Assembly (NCBI GenBank): GCA_964563105.1 | Contig: CAZLXM010000004.1 | Location: forward strand, 11,525-75,524 | Origin: an uncultured Bacteroidaceae bacterium | Lineage (GTDB): Bacteria > Bacteroidota > Bacteroidia > Bacteroidales > GCA-2748055 | Direction of reading: 5' to 3' | Length of the DNA: 64,000 nucleotides | Shown here: positions 29,125-37,133 of the stretch, one piece after another | Numbering within the stretch: position 1 is the first letter of the stretch | Layout: every line of letters starts with the position of its first letter | Translations under genes and position numbers: made by a program | The notes under the pieces: generated by a model | Database searches by the model: none | Seen by the model: the letters and a program-made list of their open reading frames with translations, nothing else | What the model was told of the DNA's origin: nothing

Positions 29125-30813
29125 ATGAACACTTTCAATCTTTCATGGATCGATTATTCGATAATATTGATTTATTTCAGTTTCGTCCTTGGGATCGGAT
29201 GGGCTTTAAAGAAATATATGAAAGATGCTGCAGCTTTCCTTGAAGCCGGCAGGTCCCTTCCTGCATGGGTTACCGGGCTGGCTTTCATTTCAGCAAATCT
29301 GGGTGCACTTGAAGTAATTGGAATGGCGGCCTCAGGAGCAAAATACGGTTGGGCTACGGTACATTTCTATTGGATTGGAGCTATACCTGCCATGATTTTT
29401 CTTGCCATTTTTATGATGCCTTTTTATTACGGATCAAAAGCAAGATCAGTACCTGAATATTTAAAACTTCGTTTTGATGAAAAAACCAGAGGGTTTAATG
29501 CATTCTCCTTTGCTATTATGACAATTTTTGCCTCGGGTATTTCCATGTATGCCCTTGCTTTACTTATGGAAACACTTTTAGGATGGAACTTTCATATGAG
29601 CCTGATTTTATCAGCTTCAATTGTTCTTGTATATACTTATCTGGGAGGCCTCAGTTCTGCAATATATAATGAAGTACTTCAGTTTTTTCTAATTGTTATA
29701 GGATTTTTACCTCTTGTGATCATTGGCATGATACATGTTGGCGGATGGGACGGACTGGTTGAAAAATTATCTATGAACCCGGCCTCAGCAGGCTTCCAAC
29801 ATTCATGGAAAACAACCTCTCCGGAACATCCGATGGGAGGATGGATGGGGATCTTTTTCGGTTTAGGCTTTGTCCTCGCTTTTGGATATTGGTGTACAAA
29901 CTTCCTTGTTGTTCAAAGGGCCATGGCAGCAGGATCAATGAGTGCCGCACGTAAAACTCCTTTAATAGGTGCCTTGCCTAAAATGTTTCTTCCATTCCTG
30001 GTTATTTTACCCGGAATGATTGCAATAGCCTTGATAAACATTGGAGATGAAGCATTTACACTCCCTCTTAAAGGCTCAGGATATGATTATGATCTTGTTA
30101 TTCCAATGTTATTACATCGTTTTCTTCCTACCGGCGTACTTGGTTTAGGGCTTACAGCCCTTATGGCTTCTTTTATGAGCGGAATGGCCGGTAATGTAAC
30201 TGCTTTTAATACTGTATGGACTTATGACATATACCAGAGTTACCTGGTACCTGGAAAATCTGACAAACATTATTTGAGAGTCGGACAAATAACTACCATT
30301 GTTGGCGTAACAGTTAGTATCCTTGCAGCCTATGTAGCCAAACAATTTAATAATGTTATGGATTTTCTCCAGCTTGTATTTGCTTTTATTAATGCGCCTC
30401 TTTTTGCAGCATTTCTAATGGGAATGTTTACAAAACGTACAACCGGGCATGGCGCCTTCTGGGGATTGATTTCCGGGACTATTTCAGCAGCCATAGTACA
30501 TGGTTTAACTCAACCTCACGGAGCTACATCTTTAATAAAAGGAGGCTGGACCGGAACAATTATTAAAATATTCCCCAGTGAAATGGCTCAAAATTTTTGG
30601 ATAGCTATTTGTGCTTTTAGTGTTGCCTTAATTGCAACAATAATAATCTCTTTATTAACTGAACAGAAAAAATCAGATAAGGAACTTACAGGATTAGTTT
30701 ATTCATTAACCCCTAAAGTTCAGGATGATAGTAAATACTGGTACCAGAAACCAGTTGTCTGGGCTGTTGCAGTAGGACTTATTACAATTGTGCTTAGTAT
30801 AATTTATTGGTAA
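29125..30813 (+). CDS. sodium:solute symporter (SSS/SGLT family)
   Basis: 562 aa and about 14 TM helices. Typical SSS stretches include GRSLPAWVTGLAFISANLGALE, YLGGLSSAIYNEVLQFF and NFLVVQRAMAA. It is divergent from araB. Confidence 0.9.
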   Translation: MNTFNLSWIDYSIILIYFSFVLGIGWALKKYMKDAAAFLEAGRSLPAWVTGLAFISANLGALEVIGMAASGAKYGWATVHFYWIGAIPAMIFLAIFMMPFYYGSKARSVPEYLKLRFDEKTRGFNAFSFAIMTIFASGISMYALALLMETLLGWNFHMSLILSASIVLVYTYLGGLSSAIYNEVLQFFLIVIGFLPLVIIGMIHVGGWDGLVEKLSMNPASAGFQHSWKTTSPEHPMGGWMGIFFGLGFVLAFGYWCTNFLVVQRAMAAGSMSAARKTPLIGALPKMFLPFLVILPGMIAIALINIGDEAFTLPLKGSGYDYDLVIPMLLHRFLPTGVLGLGLTALMASFMSGMAGNVTAFNTVWTYDIYQSYLVPGKSDKHYLRVGQITTIVGVTVSILAAYVAKQFNNVMDFLQLVFAFINAPLFAAFLMGMFTKRTTGHGAFWGLISGTISAAIVHGLTQPHGATSLIKGGWTGTIIKIFPSEMAQNFWIAICAFSVALIATIIISLLTEQKKSDKELTGLVYSLTPKVQDDSKYWYQKPVVWAVAVGLITIVLSIIYW

Positions 30814-30832
30814 CTATTAAAAAATAATAATT

Positions 30833-31045
30833 ATGGGACTCGATATAAAAATCCCTATTGGAGGAATGTTTACACTTCTGGGAGTGATACTTACTATTTT
30901 TGGGCTTTTAACAAACGGTAATGACATGTATGATACATCTCTGAATATCAACATTAATTTATGGTCAGGCCTGTTTATGCTTATTTTTGGGCTCAGCATG
31001 TTATTTGCAGCCTATAAAACAAAAAAGAATAAATCGCAATCCTAA
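30833..31045 (+). CDS. small two-TM membrane protein
   Basis: 70 aa with two hydrophobic helices (FTLLGVILTIFGLL, LWSGLFMLIFGLSMLFAAY) and a basic tail. It starts 19 nt after the symporter stop. Confidence 0.45.
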   Translation: MGLDIKIPIGGMFTLLGVILTIFGLLTNGNDMYDTSLNININLWSGLFMLIFGLSMLFAAYKTKKNKSQS

Positions 31046-31184
31046 TTTATACACTTAATGAAAATAGTTAAAGAAAATTTTGTTTTTACCATTATTACAG
31101 AACTTTCTTAATTAATCTTGTTGATTCAAATTTCTTTAAAGGATGATGATATTTTTCAAAATATTGAGCCTAGAATAAAAAAGC

Positions 31185-33062
31185 ATGGATTTTAAAGCAC
31201 TTCTAACCCTATGCTTGTTATTGCCTGTAATGGTTTATTGCCAGGATCAGCGTTATTTTTTACCTCGTGAAATAAAAGAAGCTTATGAAAAAGGCAGCAG
31301 GTCACCTGATGGAAAACCAGGAGAAAAATATTTCCAAAACCGGGCAAACTATAATATGGATATTATATTCCAGCCATTAACAAAAAAAGTGGAAGGCCAG
31401 GCAGAAATTATTTATTTTAATAACAGTCCTGTAAATCTTAGTTATATTGTATTTAGATTATACCAGAATATTTTTATCAGAGGTGGTATCCGCGGCCGTA
31501 AAGTAGATCCTGCAGATCTTCACGACGGCATGATTATTAAAAATGTTGTGATCGAAGGACAAAATTATTCTCCAGAATCCTGCATTTTAAAAAATAATAC
31601 AAATATTGTTTTTCCATTAAATCTTGGAGCAGGAAAAAAAGCGAAAATTTATATTGAATGGGAATTTTATATGCCTTCAAAAACCGGCAACAGATTTGGA
31701 TGCTATAATTCAGGCTCATGTTTTATGGGCTATTGGTATCCGCAGGTATCGGTTTATGATGATATAAGCGGTTGGGATTTTTCAGAATACACGGGAGTTG
31801 CTGAATTCTACAATAACTATGGTGATTTTAACGTAAATATAACTGTTCCTAAAAATTACATTGTCTGGGCGGGCGGAGAACTTCAAAATCCGGAAAAAAT
31901 ATTAAGCGAAGAAATTCTTAAACGATATCAGCATGCAAAAACTACTGACGAAATTGTTCATATCGTCACAAAAAAGGATCTTAAAAAGAAAATTGATATT
32001 ACAAATAAAAAAAACAATACATGGAAATATTCCGCAAGCAATGTCAGTGATTTTGCATTTGCAATAAGTAATAATTATGTCTGGGATGCAACAACAATTA
32101 CAATAAAAGATAAATCAGAATATAAAAAAATACTGGTTGAAACTGCCTATGACCCTTCTTCGGGGAATTTTCACAAAGCTGCTGAAATAGCTGCCTGGTC
32201 AGTTCAGGACTTTTCTACTGACCTTCCGGGTGTCCCCTACCCTTATTCAAAATTAACTGTATTCCAGGGGAAGGATGGAATGGAATATCCAATGATCATA
32301 AATATAGGTGACTCCGGTTTTAAAGAGCTCTTATTCGTTATAACCCATGAGATTGCCCATACTTATTTTCCTTTTCTGGTAGGGACAAATCAAAAACGCT
32401 ATGGATGGATGGATGAAGGGTTAATAACAGTATTAGGACAAGAACAGCATCTGAAGAAAGAAACAACACAAAATTTTCAAAAATTATATCTCCAACATTA
32501 TCCTAAAATTGCCGGAAAGCAGGAGGATATTCCACCAATTGTAAATTCCGGGTATCTTTCCGATGAGATTTTTCAAATTCACGAATATATGAGGCCAAGC
32601 CTTGCTTTTTGGATTCTTCGGGATATACTCGGACAAAAAACATTTAGAGAATGTCTTCACGGTTTTATTGAAATTTGGAAAGGAAAATCTCCAACACCCT
32701 GGGATATGTTTTTTACATTTGAAAATATTGCCGGCTTAAATCTCGATTGGTTCTTTAAACCCTGGTTTTGTGAGTTTGCATATCCCGATCTTGAAATTAC
32801 CGAGATTATTAGTAAAGATGGTACAAATGAAATAAAAATTAAAAACTCCGGAGGTATGCCATTCCCTTCGCGTCTAAAAATAACACTACAAAATGGTAAA
32901 GAAGTCTATTCACCTCTGCCTGCAAATATCTGGAAGGATACTTCCGAATATATTTTCATATACGATAAAGCAGATATTATAACTTCAGCAGAAATCATCA
33001 CGGAAGGTTTTCCCGATACAAATATTGAAAACAACTTAATGTTGAATAAGACAATAGAATAA
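31185..33062 (+). CDS. M1-family zinc metallopeptidase (aminopeptidase N-like)
   Basis: 625 aa with a signal peptide. The gluzincin signature is VITHEIAHTYF...GWMDEGL (HExxH-x18-E). Confidence 0.85.
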   Translation: MDFKALLTLCLLLPVMVYCQDQRYFLPREIKEAYEKGSRSPDGKPGEKYFQNRANYNMDIIFQPLTKKVEGQAEIIYFNNSPVNLSYIVFRLYQNIFIRGGIRGRKVDPADLHDGMIIKNVVIEGQNYSPESCILKNNTNIVFPLNLGAGKKAKIYIEWEFYMPSKTGNRFGCYNSGSCFMGYWYPQVSVYDDISGWDFSEYTGVAEFYNNYGDFNVNITVPKNYIVWAGGELQNPEKILSEEILKRYQHAKTTDEIVHIVTKKDLKKKIDITNKKNNTWKYSASNVSDFAFAISNNYVWDATTITIKDKSEYKKILVETAYDPSSGNFHKAAEIAAWSVQDFSTDLPGVPYPYSKLTVFQGKDGMEYPMIINIGDSGFKELLFVITHEIAHTYFPFLVGTNQKRYGWMDEGLITVLGQEQHLKKETTQNFQKLYLQHYPKIAGKQEDIPPIVNSGYLSDEIFQIHEYMRPSLAFWILRDILGQKTFRECLHGFIEIWKGKSPTPWDMFFTFENIAGLNLDWFFKPWFCEFAYPDLEITEIISKDGTNEIKIKNSGGMPFPSRLKITLQNGKEVYSPLPANIWKDTSEYIFIYDKADIITSAEIITEGFPDTNIENNLMLNKTIE

Positions 33063-33124
33063 AGCAAAAAATAAATATTTGCTTTTGCCGGATAATTTTT
33101 AATGAAACCATAACAGGTATTTTT

Positions 33125-33132
33125 TACCTTTG
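33125..33132 (+). promoter_or_regulatory. candidate -7 box (TACCTTTGcaaa)
   Basis: A TAnnTTTG match lies 21 nt upstream of the ATG at 33153. Confidence 0.35.
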
Positions 33133-33152
33133 CAAAATAAAACTAATTGCTA

Positions 33153-33365
33153 ATGGTCGTTAAAGAAGATACAAGTATTGAATGGCTGGTTAATAAGTTC
33201 CCTGCTTCTATAAAATATCTTTCCGAAAAAGGAATTAAATGTGTTTCAGTAAAAGGACCTGTTAATTGCACTCTTGAAATTGCTGCAAAACAAAACGGAT
33301 ATGGGATTGAAGATATCAGGAGTTTTGTAAAAGACCTTAATAAACTCCTCGATCAAAGAGAATAA
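33153..33365 (+). CDS. DUF1858-like small protein
   Basis: I use the ATG at 33153; the track ORF starts at a TTG at 33147. At about 70 aa, IEWLVNKFPASIKYLSEKGIKCVS...CTLEIAAKQNGYGIEDIRSFVKDLN fits the layout of DUF1858 (hybrid-cluster-protein-associated domain) as I recall it. Confidence 0.45.
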   Translation: MVVKEDTSIEWLVNKFPASIKYLSEKGIKCVSVKGPVNCTLEIAAKQNGYGIEDIRSFVKDLNKLLDQRE

Positions 33366-33457
33366 AAGCAGATTAACAGAATATGAATAACATATATTCC
33401 CAAATGATATTCAGATAGAGCGGAAAACCAGAAGACGGATAAAATAAACTTAAAAAT

Positions 33458-34435
33458 ATGATAATTATTACAGGAGCTGCAGGTTTTATAGGAAGCAAAC
33501 TTGTAGAAAGGTTAAATAATGAGTATTTTAATGATTTGATACTAGTAGATGACTTCTCAAAGAAGAATAAAGAAGCTAACTATATTGACAGAAAATATAC
33601 AAAGCTGATTGAAAGAACTGAATTTCATGAGTGGTTAAGAAAAAACCAACGTGATGTTCAATTTGTGTTCCACCTCGGTGCCCGTACAGATACAACTGAA
33701 TATGATACTAAAATTTTTGATGAACTGAACCTGAATTATTCTAAACAAGTATGGAATATTTGTACCGAATTCGGAATACCCCTGGTCTATGCATCTTCAG
33801 CAGCTACATATGGTGATGGTCGTTTTGGTTATGATGATGACCACTCCCTGATTTCAAAACTTCAACCTCTTAATCCTTATGGAATTTCAAAAAATGATTT
33901 TGATAAATGGGTCCTTCAGCAGGCAAAAACTCCTTCATTTTGGGCCGGTTTAAAGTTTTTTAATGTTTATGGCCCAAATGAATATCACAAAGGCAGAATG
34001 GCTTCTGTTATTTTTCATGCATTTCATCAAATCAGAAAAACCGGAAAATTAACACTTTTCAGGTCACATCGTGAAAACATTAAAGATGGAGAGCAACGCA
34101 GGGATTTTATATATGTAAATGATGTTACTGATGTTTTGTTCTACTTTTTGGAGCATCGTAAGCATTCTGGTATTTATAATCTTGGCACGGGTAAAGCTGA
34201 AACATTTCTTGAACTGGCAAATAATGCCTTCCTCGCCCTCGAAATGAAACCAAATATAGAGTTTGTTGATACACCGGCAGATATCAGGGAAAATTATCAG
34301 TATTTTACTGAAGCAAAAATGACTAAGTTGAGAGATATTGGATATAGAAAAGATTTTGTAGGGCTTGGGGAGGGGATAAAGGAGTATTGGGGGGAGGTGA
34401 AAGGTGACGGGGGACGGGTGACGGGTGACGGGTGA
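33458..34435 (+). CDS. hldD: ADP-L-glycero-D-manno-heptose 6-epimerase-like SDR
   Basis: MIIITGAAGFIGS..., ASSAATYG, PLNPYGISK, FFNVYGPNEYHKGRMASV and RDFIYVNDV are collinear with E. coli HldD. About 16 extra C-terminal residues (GEVKGDGGRVTGDG) are encoded by the heptamer repeat. Confidence 0.85.
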   Translation: MIIITGAAGFIGSKLVERLNNEYFNDLILVDDFSKKNKEANYIDRKYTKLIERTEFHEWLRKNQRDVQFVFHLGARTDTTEYDTKIFDELNLNYSKQVWNICTEFGIPLVYASSAATYGDGRFGYDDDHSLISKLQPLNPYGISKNDFDKWVLQQAKTPSFWAGLKFFNVYGPNEYHKGRMASVIFHAFHQIRKTGKLTLFRSHRENIKDGEQRRDFIYVNDVTDVLFYFLEHRKHSGIYNLGTGKAETFLELANNAFLALEMKPNIEFVDTPADIRENYQYFTEAKMTKLRDIGYRKDFVGLGEGIKEYWGEVKGDGGRVTGDG

Positions 34436-34436
34436 C
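34403..34436. repeat. tandem heptamer array (GGTGACG)x5, one variant unit GGGGACG
   Basis: Read directly: ggtgacg ggggacg ggtgacg ggtgacg ggtgac. It forms the 3' end and the stop codon of hldD. Its TGAs at 34419, 34426 and 34433 fall in all three frames. Confidence 0.95.
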
Positions 34437-34537
34437 AAAAATTTATGATAATTAAATGTTGTTAACAGTATCTCCACTAAATATCTTAGGTGCTAACAAT
34501 ATTTAAGCGGGCGTAACTAATATTAAGAATTATAATT

Positions 34538-34597
34538 AGGGATGTTCGTAAATTGTTAGGGATGTTCGTAAATTGTCAGGGATGTTCGTAAATTGTT
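34538..34597. repeat. three head-to-tail 20-bp direct repeats AGGGATGTTCGTAAATTGTY
   Basis: Read directly. The units occupy 34538-57, 34558-77 and 34578-97, with a single T/C difference in unit 2 and no spacers. Confidence 0.95.
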
Positions 34598-34695
34598 AAA
34601 TATTTGATTTACAAATAGTTAAATCTTATATGATTTTATAAAAAACCCCGAAATCTGCCAAAAAGGTCAAAAATCGGGGTAATTATATTAATTCC

Positions 34696-35112
34696 ATGAG
34701 AAAATTACAAAGAATTTTTGAAAATCCCTTAGAAATTTCATTTATTTCTCCACAAAATGAGTTTTCCCTATACTGGAATAATTTTCTTAATTCCGAAACG
34801 GGTAAAATATACCAGGTTATTCCCTGGAATGATCTTATCCGCTTGTTACATTTGAAGGAGAATCGTCAGGACCGTAAATCTTTATTCATTCTCCAGGGCA
34901 AACTTGCTTTAATGTTACTCAAATCCTACAGTAATTTATCTGATCGTAAACTTTTTGAATATCTCAACGAGAGTATTCATTATCAGATGTTTTGTGGTAT
35001 TTTTGGGGGAGCTGATCAGCCGGATGATTTTAAAATCATCAGCAAGATCAGGACAGAATTGGCTAAAAAGTTGAATATTCGTGTTTTACAGAATATTCTG
35101 ACTAAATTTTGA
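34696..35112 (+). pseudogene. IS5/IS1182-type transposase, N-terminal (DUF772-like) stub only
   Basis: In the 138-aa ORF, GKLALMLLKSYSNLSDRKLFEYLNESIHYQMFCGI matches the N-terminal domain of IS5-group transposases. The DDE domain is absent. The ORF runs into the 3' end of the converging gene. Confidence 0.6.
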
Positions 35113-36304
35113 ACCCGAATTCCTTAATCAGCTGTTCCCTGCCATTTACATATTCCGATAAACTTTCTTCATGATGCCCGCATTCATCTTCCCATACAGA
35201 ATGAACCGGAACTCCTTTTGAAATCGATCCGCAAATCATAGCTGAACTGGGGATACGTTCCATGATCTTCTTGTATAACTCTCTGGCATTTATCACATCC
35301 CCATAACTCAATTCAAGTTTTTGAAGTACTCTCACATCACGCAATTGGCTTCCCAGTCCGCAATGTCCCTTTACATTAAGACAGGCCCCGTACCTGCTCA
35401 GGCTGGGACAGGGAGCGCACATCATCCAATCGGCACCCTGGGCTATTCTGATTTTGGCTTTCGGATTTTTTATGATATATTGCAACATTTCAGGCAGATT
35501 GTCAGTTTCAAAAGGAGGTATCGAGCCCTGCCCATACTGACATATCGCGCATAAAAGAATATGTGGCCTGACAGAAATGGCATCAGCTTTCTTCATCGCT
35601 TCGATGGATGCCTTCTTCGCTTCAGCTCTTTCTTCCCTGGTCCTGGGGATAATCAACGCCAGGCTGGCAGCCGGCAGATCAGCCTCGGAAAAATTAAGCT
35701 GGGTGTTCCAGTGCGGAACAGCATACTTCAGGCTTATCTCGCGACCTTTTTCATAGGAACCTGATTTAGCCAGATGACAGCCTTTGCATTTGTCTGATTC
35801 CATTTCTCCACAATTGCAAATATCAGCAACATTCTCAATATTGTCCCAAATACGATGATAGATTATCCTAGCAGGTAAGGTAACTCCTGGATGCAGGTCA
35901 ATTCTCTGTAATATTTCAAGATCGCGTTTCCTGTTGAACTCAAAGCTCCCGTGGGCATCATCAGCAGTACCGGGGTCCTGGTACGTAAAAACCTCACCGG
36001 CATTACATACCAATGTCAAAGGAATGTCAGGATTATTTCTTATTGCCTTGATCCTGTCATCATCTCCATCAATATTTCCTTGTCCAATCCTGCAAATGGC
36101 ACAAAGCAGGAGATATGGTCGTATGGATATACCATTGATTGATGCCGGAGTAAATTCGGGTTTGTTATTTTCATTGCTCCCCGATCGTGAACATGATGAT
36201 ATCATACATCCTGCACTTACTGCCCCTATACCGCCACAAGCAGAACTCGCAAGGAATTTTCTGCGGCTTATTTCTTTCCTGTCTTTCATAAATTGTGTGT
36301 TCAT
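35102..36304 (-). CDS. Tat-signal Cys-rich protein with two DUF1284-like halves
   Basis: I prefer the start at the ATG at 36304 (MNTQFMKDRKEISRRKFLASSACGGIGAVSAG), because the longer ORF overlaps the IS256 remnant. There are two related segments: RPYLLLCAICRIGQGN...NPDIPLTLV and RPHILLCAICQYGQGS...NPKAKIRIAQGADWMMCAPCPS. An extra Cys cluster, CNCGEMESDKCKGCH, is also present. Confidence 0.6.
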   Translation of the reverse strand: MNTQFMKDRKEISRRKFLASSACGGIGAVSAGCMISSCSRSGSNENNKPEFTPASINGISIRPYLLLCAICRIGQGNIDGDDDRIKAIRNNPDIPLTLVCNAGEVFTYQDPGTADDAHGSFEFNRKRDLEILQRIDLHPGVTLPARIIYHRIWDNIENVADICNCGEMESDKCKGCHLAKSGSYEKGREISLKYAVPHWNTQLNFSEADLPAASLALIIPRTREERAEAKKASIEAMKKADAISVRPHILLCAICQYGQGSIPPFETDNLPEMLQYIIKNPKAKIRIAQGADWMMCAPCPSLSRYGACLNVKGHCGLGSQLRDVRVLQKLELSYGDVINARELYKKIMERIPSSAMICGSISKGVPVHSVWEDECGHHEESLSEYVNGREQLIKEFGFKI

Positions 36305-36380
36305 ATTTTTATTATTAAATAACGTTATTGACTTAGACACTATCCCATAAAGTATGTAAGTATAATCAGAGGGTCTGGCT

Positions 36381-36983
36381 TTACAGTCGGACCCTTTCTG
36401 CAAAAATAGTCAGGAATTGATTAAGAATCAATCCCCAGTTTTTAATCGGCTGTGTCCATTTTTTAGAAGTTTCCCTAAGTGCCAGATAAACCGATTTAAT
36501 AACGGCCTCGTCCGTGGGGAAAGAGAGCTTATTTTTGGTATATTTTCTTATTTTACCATTCAGGTTTTCAATCAAATTAGTTGTATAAATAATTTTTCTG
36601 ATTTCAACAGGGAAGTCAAAGAAAACGGTCAGGTCCTCCCAGTTATTTTGCCATGATTTTACAGCATAGCTGTATTTGGCATCCCACTTAAGGGCAAAAT
36701 CATTAAGAGCTGCCTCAGCCGCTTTTCTGGTGGGCGCTTCATAAATGTATCGCATGTCATTTGCATACTCTTTCTTATCTTTCCAAACAACGTAACGTGC
36801 AGAGTTTCTAATCTGGTGCATAACTCAAATCTGTGTTCCGGATTCAGGAAACATATTTTTAATTGTATCTGTAAAACCATTCAGATTATAGGTAGCTGTT
36901 ATAAGAATGTCATTTACACCGCAAGCTTTGATATCTGTCAGTATGCTCATCCAAAAAGCAGCACTCTCATTTTTATCAAGCTT
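36381..36983 (-). pseudogene. IS256-family transposase remnant (C-terminal ~200 codons, in-frame TGA)
   Basis: The translation is ...[60 protein letters not shown]...[24 protein letters not shown]. This is collinear with the IS256/mutator transposase C-terminal half. The TGA at 36825-36827 is in frame, and the N-terminal half is absent. Confidence 0.8.
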
Positions 36984-37133
36984 TTAGCCATTTTGAAACC
37001 TTGGAAAAATTGTTTCGTATTCTATTGTAAATTCTTAAACAATTAATCAATAAAACTTTATGGCATTTTCTTTTTTTCAAAAATCAAAAATGCTGTTAAA
37101 CATATGCAGATATAAAAATATTTACATTAATTA

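Noticed and set aside
27266-30813. araB lacking adjacent araA/araD as an anomaly.
   Set aside because: Only the divergent SSS symporter is linked here. Arabinose genes are often dispersed, and the rest of the pathway may lie outside the window, so I did not treat this as meaningful.
34538-34597. The three 20-bp direct repeats as a possible CRISPR array.
   Set aside because: The units are contiguous with no spacers, and there are no cas genes in the window. This is a tandem repeat, not a CRISPR array.
36825-36827. The in-frame TGA in the IS256 remnant as a hint of TGA recoding (code 4/25 or selenocysteine).
   Set aside because: TGA terminates well-supported genes here, such as the TonB receptor at 11647, the giant gene at 46247 and the type-B-CTD gene at 48790. 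The remnant also lacks its 5' half, so simple decay explains the stop.
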